The notes under the pieces are model-generated. The model was not told where the DNA came from. It saw nothing but the letters and a program-made list of their open reading frames with translations, and did no database searches. Source: Heterodontus francisci (taxonomy: Eukaryota). Taken from it: DNA of 63,389 nucleotides. Shown here piece after piece: positions 1 through 14,300 of the stretch. The stretch spans positions 16,216,945 to 16,280,333 of the forward strand of contig NC_090416.1 in NCBI RefSeq assembly GCF_036365525.1, read 5' to 3'. Position 1 is the stretch's first letter, and each line of letters opens with the position of its first letter. Position numbers and translations under genes: made by a program.

Positions 1-2047
1 GGGACTGAATAGGAAAAGGTTTGGCTCTATTGGGATTCTATACAATGGGAGTGAATAGGAAACGGTTTCGCTCTATTGGGATTCTATACAATGGGACTGA
101 ATAGGAAAAGGTTTGGCTCTACTGGGATTCTAGACAATGGGAGTGAATAGGAAAAGGTTTGGCTCTATTGGGATTCTATACAATGGGAGTGAATAGGAAA
201 CGGTTTCGCTCTATTGGGATTCTATACAATGGGACTGAATAGGAAAAGGTTTGGCTCTATTGGGATTCTATACAATGGGACTGAATAGGAAAATGTTTGG
301 CTCTATTGGGATTCTATACAATGGGACTGAACAGGAAAAGATTTGGCTCTATTGGGATTCTATACAATGGGAGTGAACAGGAAAAGGTTTGGCTCTATTG
401 GGATTCTATACAATGGGAGTGAATAGGAAAAGGTTTGGCTCTATTGGGATTCTATACAATGGGAGTGAATAGGAAACGGTTTCGCTCTATTGGGATTCTA
501 TACAATGGGACTGAATAGGAAAAGGTTTGGCTCTATTGGGATTCTATACAATGGGACTGAATAGGAAAAGGTTTGGCTCTATTGGGATTCTATACAATGG
601 GAGTGAATAGGAAAAGGTTTGGCACTATTGGGATTCTATACAATGGGACTGAATGGGAAGTGGTTTGGCTCTATTGGGATTCTATACAATGGGAGTGAAT
701 AGGAAACAGTTTTGCTCTATTGGGATTCTATACAATGGGACCGAATAGGAAAAGGTTTGGCTCTATTGGGATTCTATACACTGGGACTGAATAGGAAAAG
801 GTTTGGCTCTATTGGGATTCTAGACAATGGGTGTGAATAGGAAACGGTTTCGCTCTATTGGGATTCTATACAATGGGAGTGAATAGGAAAAGGTTTGGCT
901 CTATTGGGATTCTATACAATGGGACTGAATAGGAAAAGGTTTGGCTCTATTGGGATTCTATACAATGGGAGTGAATAGGAAAGGGTTTGGCTCTGTTGGG
1001 ATTCTATACAATGGGACTGAATAGGAAAATGTTTGGCTCTATTGGGATTCTATACAATGGGACTGAACAGGAAAAGATTTGGCTCTATTGGGATTCTATA
1101 CAATGGGAGTGAATAGGAAAAGGTTTGGCTCTATTGGGATTCTATACAATGGGAGTGAATAGGAAAAGGTTTGGCTCTATTGGGATTCTATACAATGGGA
1201 GTGAATAGGAAAAGGTTTGGCTCTATTGGGATTCTATACAATGGGAGTGAATAGGAAAGGGTTTGGCTCTATTGGGATTCTACACAATGGGACTGAATAG
1301 GAAAAGGTTTGGCTCTATTGGGATTCTATACAATGGGACTGAATGGGAAGTGGTTTGGCTCTATTGGGATTCTATACAATGGGAGTGAATAGGAAACGGT
1401 TTGGCTCTATTGGGGTTCTATACAATGGGACCGAATAGGAAAAGGTTTGGCTCTTTTGGGATTCTATACAATGGGAGTGAATAGGAAAAGGTTTGGCTCT
1501 ATTGGGATTCTATACAATGGGAGTGAATAGGAAAAGGTTTGGCTCTATTGGGATTCTATATAATGGGAGTGAATAGGAAAAGGTTTGGCTCTATTGGGAT
1601 TCTATACAATGGGACTCAATAGGAAAAGGTTTGGCTCTATTGGGATTCTATACAATGGGAGAGAATAGGAAAGGGTTTGGCTCTATTGGGATTCTGTACT
1701 ATGGGACTGAATGGGAAGTGGTTTGGCTCTATTGGGATTTTATACAATGGGACTGAATGGGAAGTGGTTTGGCTCTATTGGGATTCTGTACAATGGGACT
1801 GAATGGGAAGTGGTTTGGCTCTATTGGGGTTCTGTACAATGGGACTGAATGGGAAGTGGTTTGGCTCTATTGGGATTCTGTACAATGGGATTGAATGGGA
1901 AGTGGTTTGGCTCTATTGGGGTTCTGTACAATGGGACTGAATGGGAAGTGGTTTGGCTCTATTGGGATTCTATACAATGGGACTGAATGGGAAGTGGTTT
2001 GGCTCTATTGGGATTCTATACAATGGGATTGAATGGGAAGTGGTTTG
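1..2047. repeat. 46-bp tandem satellite (~44 copies, runs off the window start), intronic to the semaphorin gene
   Basis: Unit GGGACTGAATAGGAAAAGGTTTGGCTCTATTGGGATTCTATACAAT recurs every 46 bp. Confidence 0.97.
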
Positions 2048-2279
2048 CTCCATTGTAATTCGGTATACAGCAGAGCACAGTATTGAGTCCTTGTATCAGC
2101 AAGGTGCGTGCTAACGGAGTGTATCCGTGCACTGATGTGTCTATGCACTCATCCCAGGTGTGCCAACATGACAGGTTGTCTATATCCCATTACTAAGTAA
2201 CTGAATGGCAGTGGAGGCCCAGCTGGATTTCACGACAACTCTGTTACTCAATTGTATTTCCCTTCTTTGTTGGCTGCAG

Positions 2280-2387
2280 AGGGAGACCTGTACTCAGCAA
2301 TTACTGGCAGCAGCCTCAGCACTGGTGTGATTCAGCGGTGTTATGGAAGGCTAAAGCAAATGAAGACTGAAGACAAATGGCTTCTGA
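2280..2387 (+). CDS. SEMA7A: Semaphorin exon (EGDLYSAITG...KTEDKWLL)
   Basis: tgcag acceptor, gtaagt donor; Sema 'G.LYS' and 'TE..WL' motifs. Confidence 0.85.
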
Positions 2388-5300
2388 GTAAGTATCGCTC
2401 AACAGACTGAGACAGACACCAGAGAGACGGCAGTGGTGCAGGGAGCCCACGCTGACCTGCTATGTTGCATTTTCCCAAAACAGAACAGATTGAGAAAATG
2501 GGTTTTGAGGCGCAAGGTGTGAACCGTGGCTCAGTGGGGTGCGCTCTCAATGGCTTTGGGCCAGAATGCTGTGGGATTGAATCCCACTCGTGGAACTTGA
2601 GCACAAATCCCAGTCTGAACCTCCCAGTGCCTGTCATGAGGGAGCCTCCGCTGCACTGTTGGAGGTGCCGTCTTTTGGACAAGGCCTTAAACCGAGGCCC
2701 CGTCTGCTCTCTCAGAACACTATTTCATTAACCCGTCTTCTCAAATGCAGACCGATGTAGTGCGCATTTCCAGTACTTTTTGTCAATTGTGCAATTGCTC
2801 GTCATCAGTGGCCAGCCTCAATCATGGTTTCAATCGGCTTCTTCCCTCTTAGATCCAAGGTTTGTGGGATCAGCTTGGATTAAACTGAAGGATAGCAGCA
2901 AGGATGAGATTTACTTTTTCTTCACCGAGACTGACAACAACGTTGCCTTGGATGGGGAGCCCCACAGGTCCCGCATTGGGCGTGTGTGTAAGGTAAGGCT
3001 CGGAATTAAAACCATCAAATCAGTTCTCAATGGACAGCCTCTATTAGGACTTCCGCTCAGGCCTCTGTCCATTACAAACTCAGTCAACACAGCCAGGGCC
3101 TCTGTCCATTACAAACTCGGTCAACACAGCCAGGGCCTCTGTCCATTACAAACTCAGTCAACACAGCCAGGGCCTCTGTCCATTACAAACTCGGTCAACA
3201 CAGCCAGGGCCTCTGTCCATTACAAACTCGGTCAACACAGCCAGGGCCTCTGTCTAAAGATGTCTTTGGGAGTCAAGACATAATTTCCATTGGCAGTCAG
3301 CAGTGGTGAAGGATGAATGGGGAAGAAGGAGCAGAGGTTTGGAGTAGCGGGTGAGGGGGGGTACAGGCCTGAAGAACATCACTGAGGCAGGGCAGGTTGA
3401 GGCCAGAGTGGTCAATGGATGGATTTTCAAATTGAACTTAGAAGGGGCACAAACAGCAGGCAGAGCCTGGGGAGAGCAGGGGAATTGAAAGTGATGGGCT
3501 TTAACAGGGTAAATTATAGTTTATTGGACACTAGGGGAGTAGGGTAAAAAAATGAAGTCGAAGATTATCTTATTAAATGGTGGAGCAGGCTCAAGCAGCC
3601 ACAAGGCCTTCTCTGCCTCTTCACTCTTGGCCTTTAAAGACAAATCCTTTCCGAAGGGCCGCTGCCGCCATTCATCTCCCGCAGAGATTGGTCACATTGG
3701 AAAGCGATTAACTCCATTTACTTTCTATTGGGTGTTCCCAGATTGACGAGGGAGCATCTAGAGCTCCTGTGGACACATGGACAACTTTCCTGAAGGCTCG
3801 CCTGATCTGTGGCTTCCCAACTCAATCGAGGCATTTCAACAAGATCGAAGATGCCTTTGTCCTCCTTTCGGAAGATGACCCCAGGAACAGTGTCGTGTAT
3901 GGAATCTTCTCCAGCTTGTGGTGAGTGGAAGCTCTCGTGGGGAAGAAGCCGGGTATAGATATTGCAGAACCAATTCTTTATGTTTGATTATCCGTTCCAT
4001 TTGCCTTCATCAACTCCATGCCATTTCTCTGACATGTGCAGTCACCCATCTTCCTCTTTATTTATTCTCGGGACATGGGCATCACTAGTGGGGCCACCAT
4101 CTACTGCCCATCCCTAGTTGCCCCTGGAGAAGGTGGCAGCGAGCTGCCTCCTTGAACCACATACTGTCTAAATGGTGAGAGATTGCAGAGCTCGGAGATG
4201 CAGAGGGATCTGGGTGTCCTAGTGCATGAATCACAAAAGGTTAATGTGCAGGTACAGCATGTAATTAGGAAAGCTAATAGAATATTATTGTTTATCATGA
4301 GGGGAATTGAATACAAAAGTAGGGAGGTTATGCTTCAGTTATACAGGGCATTGGTGAGACCACATCTGGAGTACTGTGTACAGTACTGGTCTCCTTATTT
4401 AAGGAAGGATGTAAATGTGTTGGAGGCAGTACAGAGAAGGTTTACTAGACTAATACCTGGAATGGGCGGGTTGTCTTATGAAGAAAGATTGGACAGACTA
4501 GGCTTGTATCCACTGGAATTTAGAAGAGTAAGAGGCGACTTGATTGAAACATACAAGTTCCTGAGGGGTCTTGTCAGGGTGGATGTGGAAAGGATGTTTT
4601 CCCCTTGTGGAAGAATCTAGAACTAGGGGTACTGCAGGTTGGTAGGTAAATTTGCCATTATAAATTGCCCCTAGTATAGGTAGGTGGTAGGGAAATATAG
4701 GGACAGGTGGGGATGTAGTAGGAATATGGGATTAGTATAAATGGGTGGTTGATGGTCGGCACAGACTCGGTGGGCCGAAGGGCCTGTTTCAGTGCTGTAT
4801 CTCTAAACTAAACTAAACTAAACACTGTTTAAATATAAGGGGTCGCCCATTTAAGACAGAGATGAGGAGAAATTTTTTCTCTCAGAGGATCATGAATCTT
4901 TGGAATTCTCTTCCTCAAAAGGTGGCAGAAACCAAGTCTTTGAATATTTTTAAGGCAGAGATAGATAGGTTCTTGATAAACAGGGGGTGATAGGTTATCG
5001 GGGGTAGGTGGGAATGTGGAGTAATCAGTTCAGCCATGAATGGTGTAGCAGGCTCGAAGGGCCGAGTGGCCTACTCCTGCTCCTAGTTCATATGTTCGTT
5101 TGCTGCTAATTTTCAAGTCCTTGTGAGAATTTAGACCACAGCTGTCCATAGGCGAGGATTGCGGGGGGGGGGGGCGGCGGGGGGGTGCATATTTGATGCC
5201 CCAACTCCTATCAAATGAAGCCCAGGCAACTTTTTGTGATCAGATTTCTTACTGGCTGGCTTGTCCTCTTTAGAAGTTAGTGGGCCTGGAGGGCCGTGCT

Positions 5301-8300
5301 TAACACTGTTGGATTTTTGGTTGGAAAATAACGAATCTGAGCACCAACATTTGTTTGCATCGATCTCAAGCTGCTAATGCTAATAAATGGGACTGTGGAT
5401 TGAGACTTGTAGGGTAAAGTCCCACGGGGAATTTTGTTCAGAGGATGTGCAGGGCAGAGGTGGGTGCAGCACTGATTCTCTAACCGATGAGCCCACTATA
5501 GAGACCCCCGGCCGCCCTATTTGGAGCGCGAGATCAGTGCATTTCCTCTTGTCAGATGCCCGTGAGACTCCTCGGTCCAAGCCAAGCAGTCCACAAAAAC
5601 AAGATACTTTGCGTATTTAAGCATATTGCAGGAGGGCCTTTTCATAGAATCACAGAAATGTACAGCATAGATGGTGGCCATTCAGCCACTGAGCGTGTGC
5701 TGGCCCTTTGAAAGAGCAGCTGTGCATACTCCCACACCCCCTGCTTTTTGTCCGTAACCCTGTAAGTTCTCATCCTCAAATGCCTGTCCGACTCCCATTT
5801 AAGAACTATTCATGGAAACAGCTTCCACCACCTTTTCAGGTCAAGCATTCCAGATCCCGATAACTCAGTGGAAAAACTCTCCTCATCTCCTAGCATTTTT
5901 CCCAGTGATTTTAAATCTATGACTTCTGGTTATTAATCCACTCACCAGAGGGAGTAGTTTTTCTCGATTTACTCTATTAAAACCTCCCATCATCTTGCAA
6001 ACCTCCATTAAGTCACCTCCTAACCTGCTCTGCTCCAAGAAGAACAGTCCTAACTTTACCAACTTCTCCTCAAAACAGAAGTTGTTTAACAAAATTTAGC
6101 ATTGTTCCGGTTTGCCTCCCGAGTCCTGGGCTCGCAGACCCATCCAGGTGAGAGAAAAGTAGAGCAGCAGTGGAACAAAAGATGGAAGTCCCAAACTTCT
6201 TCTCTGTACTCCCTTCAGAATGACCGGTGTCAAGAATAACCCTAACTCTGTTGCATGCTGCTATAAACAAGGTTCAAATGGATTAGGGAAGAATAACAGG
6301 GTGTGACGGGTTGCCTGAGGCAGGGCGTGGGGAGTAGACAGTGCCAGCTGGAACACGGGCAGAATAAGGATGTCAAACCCACAGCTGGCGTGGTCGGGCT
6401 CCTGTTGGTGGCTTGCTACTCCCTGCAGGGGGAGTTTCTGATCTTGCTCGTGTTGGCGGGCAGGGCTCACGGCAGGCTCCAAGCAGAGGCTATGCTCGCC
6501 AGAGAGATAAACAGGATGGAGCTGTGGTGTCTGCATTGGGCCTAACGTGCACGCCGCCCACTGCTGCAGTGGGGGAACTGCACGCCAAGGCTGGCTGAAC
6601 CAGCAAGCCTCGAGTTGAAGGTCGAAAGGGTGAGGGGCACAGGGGGTATGGGAGGATGTGGTGCCTGATATAAATAATTGCAGGACAGTATGAAATCACA
6701 GAACTGACTTGCTGATATTCTGTTTTCTGTAGGAACTCCACCGCAATCTGTGCCTATTCACAAGCCGACATAGACCGGGCGTTTAAAACCTCCAGGCTGA
6801 AGGGTTTCACTGGCAACCTGCCGGGGAATCAGAGGCCAGGAACGGTACGGCAGTGTGTTGTGTGACGTTCAATTTGTCCGAGCACTCCTGTGGCTCAGCT
6901 AGAGGAAGTAATAAAAATGGGCAGCTGAGCTGGACAGTTCGTGGGTTCAAATTCCAGTCTGTGTGGACCGAGGCGATGGTCGCTGGGAAGGTGGTGGGTG
7001 TCTCGGGGTGGGGAGGGGAGGGGAAGGGAAGGGTGGGGGAAAACAGTCGGGACTCCTGCTTCCCATCACCTTCCAGTGGTCCCTGCTGGAAAGCGCGTAT
7101 ATGAGGGCTTCATCAGCAGTGTCCTCGCTGCAGTCATCAGCACACACCGAGTTACTGTATGGAAATGGGTCAGGTAGTTTATATATAGAACAGATACCCG
7201 GGAGTGAGTTACAGCCTGGAATCTGATCGAGGGGTTCGGGTGGTTTATATATAGAACAGATACCCGGGAGTGAGTTACAGCCTGGAATCTGATCGAGGGG
7301 TTCGGGTGGTTTATATATAGAATAACAGATACCCAGGAGTGAGTTACAGACAGGAATCTAATCGAGGGGGTTCAGGAAGTTTATATATAGAATAACAGAT
7401 ACCCGGGAGTGAGTTACAGACTGGAATCTAATCGAGGGGTTCAGGGGGGGTTATATATAGAATAACAGATACCCGGGAGTGAGTTACCGAATGGAATCTA
7501 ATCAAGGGGTTCAGGTGCTTGATATATAGAATAACAGATACCCGGGAGTGAGTTACAGACTGGAATCTAATCCAGGAGTTCGGGTTGTTTATATATAGAA
7601 CAACAGATACCTTGGAGTGAGTTACAGACTGGAATCTAATCGATGGGTTCGGGTGGTTTATATAGAGAATAACAGGTACCCGGGAGTGAGTTACAGACTG
7701 GAATCTAATCGAGGGGTTCGGGGAGTTTATATGTAGAATAACAGATACCCGGGAGTGAGTTACAGACTGGAATCTAATCGATGGGTTGGGGGGGTTTATA
7801 TATAGAATAACAGGTACCCGGGAGTGAGTTACAGACTGGAATCTAACCGATGGGTTTATATATAGAATAACAGGTACCCAGGAGTGAGTTACAGACAGGA
7901 ATCTAATTGAGGGGTTCGGGTGGTTTACATGTAGAATAACAGAAACCCGGGAGTGAGTTACAGGCTGGAATCTAATTGAGGGGTTCGGGGGGGTTTATAT
8001 ATAGAATAACAGATACCCGGGAGTGAGTTACAGACTGGAATCTAATCGAGGGGTTCGGGGAGTTTATATATAGAATAACAGATACCCGGGAGTGAGTTAC
8101 AGGCTGGAATCTAACTGAGGGGTTCGGGGGGTTTATATGTAGAATAACAGATACCCGGGAGTGAGTTACAGACTGGAATCTAATCGAGGGGTTCGGGTGG
8201 TTTATATAAAGAATAACAGATACCCGGGAGTGAGTTACAGACTGGAATCTAATCGAGGGGTTCGGGGGGTTTATATATAGAATAACAGGTACCCGGGAGT

Positions 8301-11300
8301 GAGTTACAGACTGGAATCTAATAGAGGGGTTCGGGGAGTTTATATATAGAATAACAGGTACCCGGGAGTGAGTTACAGACAGGAATCTAATCCAGGAGTT
8401 CGGGTTGTTTATATATAGAATAACAGATACCCTGGAGTGAGTCACAGACAGGAATCTAATCGAGGGGTTCGGGTGGTTTATATATAGAATAACAGGTACC
8501 CAGGAGTGAGTTACAGACTGGAATCTAATCGAGGGGTTCGGGTGGTTTATATATAGAATAACAGATACCCAGGAGTGAGTTACGGACTGGAATCTAATCG
8601 AGGGGTTCGGGGAGTTTATATGTAGAATAACAGGTACCCGGGAGTGAGTTACAGACTGGAATCTAACCGATGGGTTCGGGGGGTTTATATATAGAACAAC
8701 AGATACCCGGGAGTGAGTTACAGACTGGAATCTAATTGAGGGGTTCGGGTGGTTTATATGTAGAATAACAGATACCCGGGAGTGAGTTACAGACTGGAAT
8801 CTAATCGAGGGGTTTATATGTAGAATAACAGGTACCCGGGAGTGAGTTACAGACTGGAATCTAATCGAGGGGTTCGGGGAGTTTATATATAGAATAACAG
8901 GTACCCGGGAATGAGTCACAGACAGGAATCTAATTGAGGGGTTCGGGTGGTTTATATGTAGAATAACAGATACCCGGGAGTGAGTTACAGGCTGGAATCT
9001 AATTGAGGGGTTCGGGGCGGTTTATATGTAGAATAACAGATACCCGGGAGTGAGTTACAGACTGGAATCTAATCGAGGGGTTCGGGGAGTTTATATATAG
9101 AATAACAGGTACCCGGGAGTGAGTTACAGACAGGAATCTAATTGAGGGGTTCGGGTGGTTTATATGTAGAATAACAGATACCCGGGAGTGAGTTACAGGC
9201 TGGAATCTAACTGAGGGGTTCGGGGGGTTTATATGTAGAATAACAGATACCCGGGAATGAGTTACAGACTGGAATCTAATCGAGGGGTTCAGGGGGGTTT
9301 ATATATAGAATAACAGATACCCGGGAGTGAGTTACAGACTGGAATCTAATCGAGGGGTTCGGGTGGTTTATATATAGAATAACAGATACCCGGGAGTGAG
9401 TTACAGGCTGGAATCTAACTGAGGGGTTCGGGGGGTTTATATGTAGAATAACAGATACCCGGGAGTGAGTTACAGACTGGAATCTAATCGAGGGGTTCGG
9501 GTGGTTTATATGTAGAATAACAGATACCCGGGAGTGAGTTACAGGCTGGAATCTAATCGAGGGGTTCGGGTGGTTTATATATAGAATAACAGATACCCGG
9601 GAGTGAGTTACAGACTGGAATCTAATCGAGGGGTTCGGGGAGTTTATATATAGAATAACAGGTACCCGGGAGTGAGTTACAGACAGGAATCTAATTGAGG
9701 GGTTCGGGTGGTTTATATGTAGAATAACAGATACCCGGGAGTGAGTTACAGACTGGAAGCTAATCGAGGACAGATAGCAAGGGGTTTGGATGATCTGCAA
9801 AAGAGCCAGATAGAAAATATACTTTGACTGGATGGAAATAGTAAAACTGCCTGGGACAGTCATCAGAAAACATCTGTTATTATTTCCCTTGCCTCAGAAT
9901 GAGTAGCACCCATCGCACCAGTCGTCAATGTACTCCAGAACCTCACTACTCTCTGGGAAATGAAGAACCACCCAACATGCAGTCTATTCCGACTCTTACC
10001 CAGTTTAAACTCGCATCCCTGGTCCGTCCCAATCTGTTGAATGGGAATAATCCACCAATAGGCAAGCTAATAACGAGCAATATTGAAGCCTTATAACGAG
10101 CAAGATTTTATTTCCCCGCCGCTACGTTTCGTAAGCTCTCCCGCTCTGTCTCCGTTTCCGCAGTGTACCACCAGCATCGTCCCTAAAAACATTCTGACGA
10201 TAATCAAGAACTTCCCTGAGATCGAGGACCCCATCTACCCTATCAAGGAACAGCCTCTCTACGTCATGAAGCACAGCAGCTACACCAGGATCACTGTCGA
10301 CAGAGTTAAGGGTGCCAACCAGAAGCTCTATCATGTCTTGTTCCTCGGCACAGGTACGTGACGTGCTACATGACTGGTAAACAGGCAGTTACTTACACCA
10401 GTTGGGTTGGGATATGTACACTAAACTGTATCAGGTGGGACCAGGTTATATGTTCTGTGAATGGATGCATTTAATTTAGGCAGGATATGGCTCTGTAGGT
10501 GGGATATGAAGCAAGTATATTTTATTTAGGTGGGGTATATGAGGGCATATGTTCTGTGGGTGTGTCAGACAAGTGTTTATTATCTGTAGTGTTAATCACT
10601 TTTATTTCTTTGTTTTTTTTAAAGGAAACGGGAAGATCCATAAAGTTCTTTACAGCAATGGGAAGTCCTTCATCATTTCTGAGCTCAGCCCCTTTAAGAC
10701 TGAAGCCCCCATCTCCGCCATGACCCTGGACTCTAGCATGGTAATATTCAGATAAGCAGCATGCCGTCTGAGTCCCTGATGCCTCGATGGGTGAGGTGGC
10801 ACTGAGCCACTCCGGCCAGGAGCTGCCCAGTTGAGTCGTCCCGGCTGGGGATGCTACAGTCTGCTGCTACTTGCCAGCCAGTCCTGCAGGAAAGCGAATG
10901 CATGTGTTGCAGGATTGAGTTGCTCGATACCAGGGCTCAGCTACGATGCCTTTCAGTAGGTCACACACCCTGCCAGCTCGTGTCTAAATTTACCTGGGCA
11001 GCACGAGACAGCGCCTTCAGGAGGGACAGGGAAATTGGAGAACAATTACTGAAATAAACTTGTGCATGCGCACGTTCCCTGGTCCATCTTCCTGTCGTCA
11101 TGGTTTCTGGTCACCCTCCATGACGACATTTAACACTAAAGCTACAACCCTCCAAAGATCCCTGCACTTCTCCAATTCCGGCCTCCTGAGCAGCCCCAGT
11201 TTCCATCGCTCCACCATTGGCAGCCATGCCTTCAGCTGCCTGGGCCCGAAGCTCTGGAATTCCCCTCTCTCAATCTCTCCGCCTTTCCCTCCTCCTTTAA

Positions 11301-14300
11301 AACATTCCTTAAAACCAACCTCGACCAAGCTTTTGCTTGCCTGTCCCTAATACCTCCTTATGTCGCTCGGTGTCAAATATTTCTTTGATAACCGCTCCTG
11401 TGACATTTTATACTACGCTAAAAGGCGTTATACAAATATCTTAGTTGTTTTGTACCAGGTTAGAATGGAAGGCTTGTAGGTCAACAGTTGATTGCAACAA
11501 TGAAGACTCAGGATCTAGACAATAGTGGCACTGTGGAGAAAGTTTCAGAAGTCTCTCTCCAGGGCAGGAACCCCTCCTGTACCTTTACCCTTGCAATACC
11601 TCATTTGTGAGCCAGGATAACAGAGCATTCGCAAGCTGTTTAACCCTAGGGGCCTCAGCACTGAACCCTATCCTGTCATCACCCAGGCAATCTCCAGTCT
11701 GAGTCACTAGATGGGGATCAGGAAGTGGAACGTCAGCTGATTTACCCCTCCACCCAGGGCACGTACTGTTTCCCCCATTTGGGATCAGCCCAGAATGGGA
11801 ATCTAGCGTCTGGGTGTGACTCAGCACCACAACGGGGAGGTGCAGCTACCCAGCAAGGGATTGGGGATTGTCGGTAGGCCTGGGGAGAGTGGGAAGCTTC
11901 ACATAGCTTGCGTTGGACTGACTTGAGATACAGATGCATTTAGCTCCTGCTACATGCAACCAAGTAATGTCACGTAGCAACATTAATAGACCTTGAACTT
12001 CATTTGTCATGGTTTTGCCTACTCACGTAATCATTCCGGTCACAGAATGTGCTGTTGTTTTCAGCAACATTGTACGCAGGACACAAAGTGCTAACTCTGG
12101 TTTGTTGACTGATTCCTTTCAGGGCCAAATGTTTGTTGGGACCCCACTGGAGACTGTCCGACTACCGCTAGCAAACTGTGAGGGGTATGGAAGCACCTGT
12201 AAGCAATGTGTCGCTGCCAGGGACCCATACTGTGGATGGGATAGAGCCAATGAGAAGTGCGCTCCAATTTCTCATGCTCTGAACAGTAATGACAGGTAGG
12301 CCTCCCTATACAGGCCTCGTTTGCAGACTGATTTTTGACCAACCTCATTTGACAGCTTTCATCGTCCCCTGTCACTCTCGTGTTGAGTTGTTCATGTGTC
12401 CTCTGTCTCTGTTATTTGGTCTGTGTGTATTGCTCCATCGAAGAGGACCGTTCTTAGTGAAGTTGCCTCATTGATTTCTAGATCAGAAAAGCAAGATCTT
12501 TTAATATTAGTAGTTTGAGAGAGATGTGCAGATTCATGAGCATGAATTTCAACTTGTGTCCCTAAAGCTTCCTGTTATACTCCTAAGAAGAAGCCCATGA
12601 AGGTCAAACACTGTTGTACCTGTCCTGGGAGTGTTTGATGGGGACAGTGTAGAGGGAGCTTTACTCTGTATCTAACCCATGCTGTACTTTACCCTGGGAG
12701 TGTTTGATGCCAGAGTTGGGTGTTTGAAATGAGAGTGTCCATAGCCTCACCTCTGTGAATATAGAACTTGACCCCACCTCAAAAAAAAAAACCTGAAATG
12801 GCATGCTTGACATCCTGATTGAATCTCTTATCAGTGATATCTTGTTTCTCAATGTGCTGTGTTAGCAGTGGCGTCCAGACTGTATTATGGGACTGAGCAA
12901 ACTACAGGGTGTGTTTACTGTGTGTTTTATTCCCCTTTGCAGTGAGATCCTCCAGAATGTTGAACAGCTCAATGTCTCCATTTGTGACGGTACATCAGGT
13001 AATCCCAGTTTTAGATGCTGGCCCAGGCTACCCATCTTACATAGGCCCAGTGCAAATACCTGTGTCTTCCCTCACCTTAAGGTGCTGACTCTACCTGCCA
13101 CAGGCACCCTCCAGCACTTCAGCCAGCTGGCTATTTTTCACATAGGCGATGAGGTTCCAGGAGCTATTCAGCTGTGAAGGGCATTGCAACCAAGCTCGAT
13201 CCTGATTTTATATCCCTGCCCTTTCTAGATGGACTGCGATCCACAGAGGATTCCTGTCTGATTCTCTCCCTCCCTAACTTAGGATGCACAGGGATCATTT
13301 GCTCCCCCCCAGGCTGCTGCTCCAGCTGAGATTAGCTGGGAATTCTGTGGTGAGTAACTCACCTCCTGACTCCCCAAAGCCTGTCCACCATCTACAAGAC
13401 ACAAGTCAGGAGTGTGATGGAATACTCTCCACTTGCCTGGATGGGTGCAGCTCCAACAACACTCAAGAAGCTCGACACCATCCAGGACAAAGCAGCCCGC
13501 TTGATTGGCATCCCATTTACAATCTTCAACATTCACTCCCTCCACCACCGCCACACAGTGGCAGCAGTGTGTACCATCTACAAGATGCATTGCAGCAACT
13601 CACCAATCCTCCTTCGACAGCATCTTCCAAACCCGCGATCTCTACCAACTAGGCAGATGCATGGGGACACCACCACCTGCAAGTTCCCCTCCAAGCCACA
13701 CGCCATCCTGACTTGGAACTATATCGCCATTGCTTCACTGTCACCGGGTCAAAATCCTGGAACTCCCTACCCAACAGCACCATGGGAGCATCTCCACTGC
13801 ATAGATGGCAGTGGTTTAAGAGGGTGGCTCACCACCACTTTAAGGGCATTTAGGGATTGGTAGTAAATGCTGGCACCCAGTGACATCCACATCCCAAGAA
13901 TTAATGATTTAAAAAAGCTAAGCAAACAGAGACCAGAGAAGGAAGCTGCGGTCTCAGCACCTCAATCTCAGCTGCCTGGTGCCTCAATATGCTTTGATCT
14001 CGTCTCCTAATTCACAGCTTCTGAGCTTTCCCTGAAATGGCCAGGAAATACATTATGCCGATGTTTGACAATACACATGGGTGAGGCAAACTAACAGTGC
14101 CTGGCCATTCACAAAGTGGGGGGCGGCGGCGTGGAGGGGGTGGGGGGAGGGGGGGGTGGTGGGAGGTCACAAGGTTGACAGGACGAAACCCAGTTCTCAA
14201 GTAGTTGCTCAGCACAAAATGTCCATAATTTAGCACTAAATTTCCAGTCTAATTAAAGCAGTCAGAGGATGGCTGGTGTGGCAAATGAGGAAAAATGTCT

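Noticed and set aside
6090-6600. GC-rich intronic stretch with several short ORFs
   Set aside because: No recognisable domain, and the flanking semaphorin exons join in frame without it.
1-9770. CRISPR-like regular repeats
   Set aside because: Head-to-tail units with no unique spacers, no cas genes, and a eukaryotic intron context.
9895-10070. Similarity to ~48045-48225, suggesting a conserved non-coding element
   Set aside because: Both read as old minus-strand CR1-type 3' fragments.
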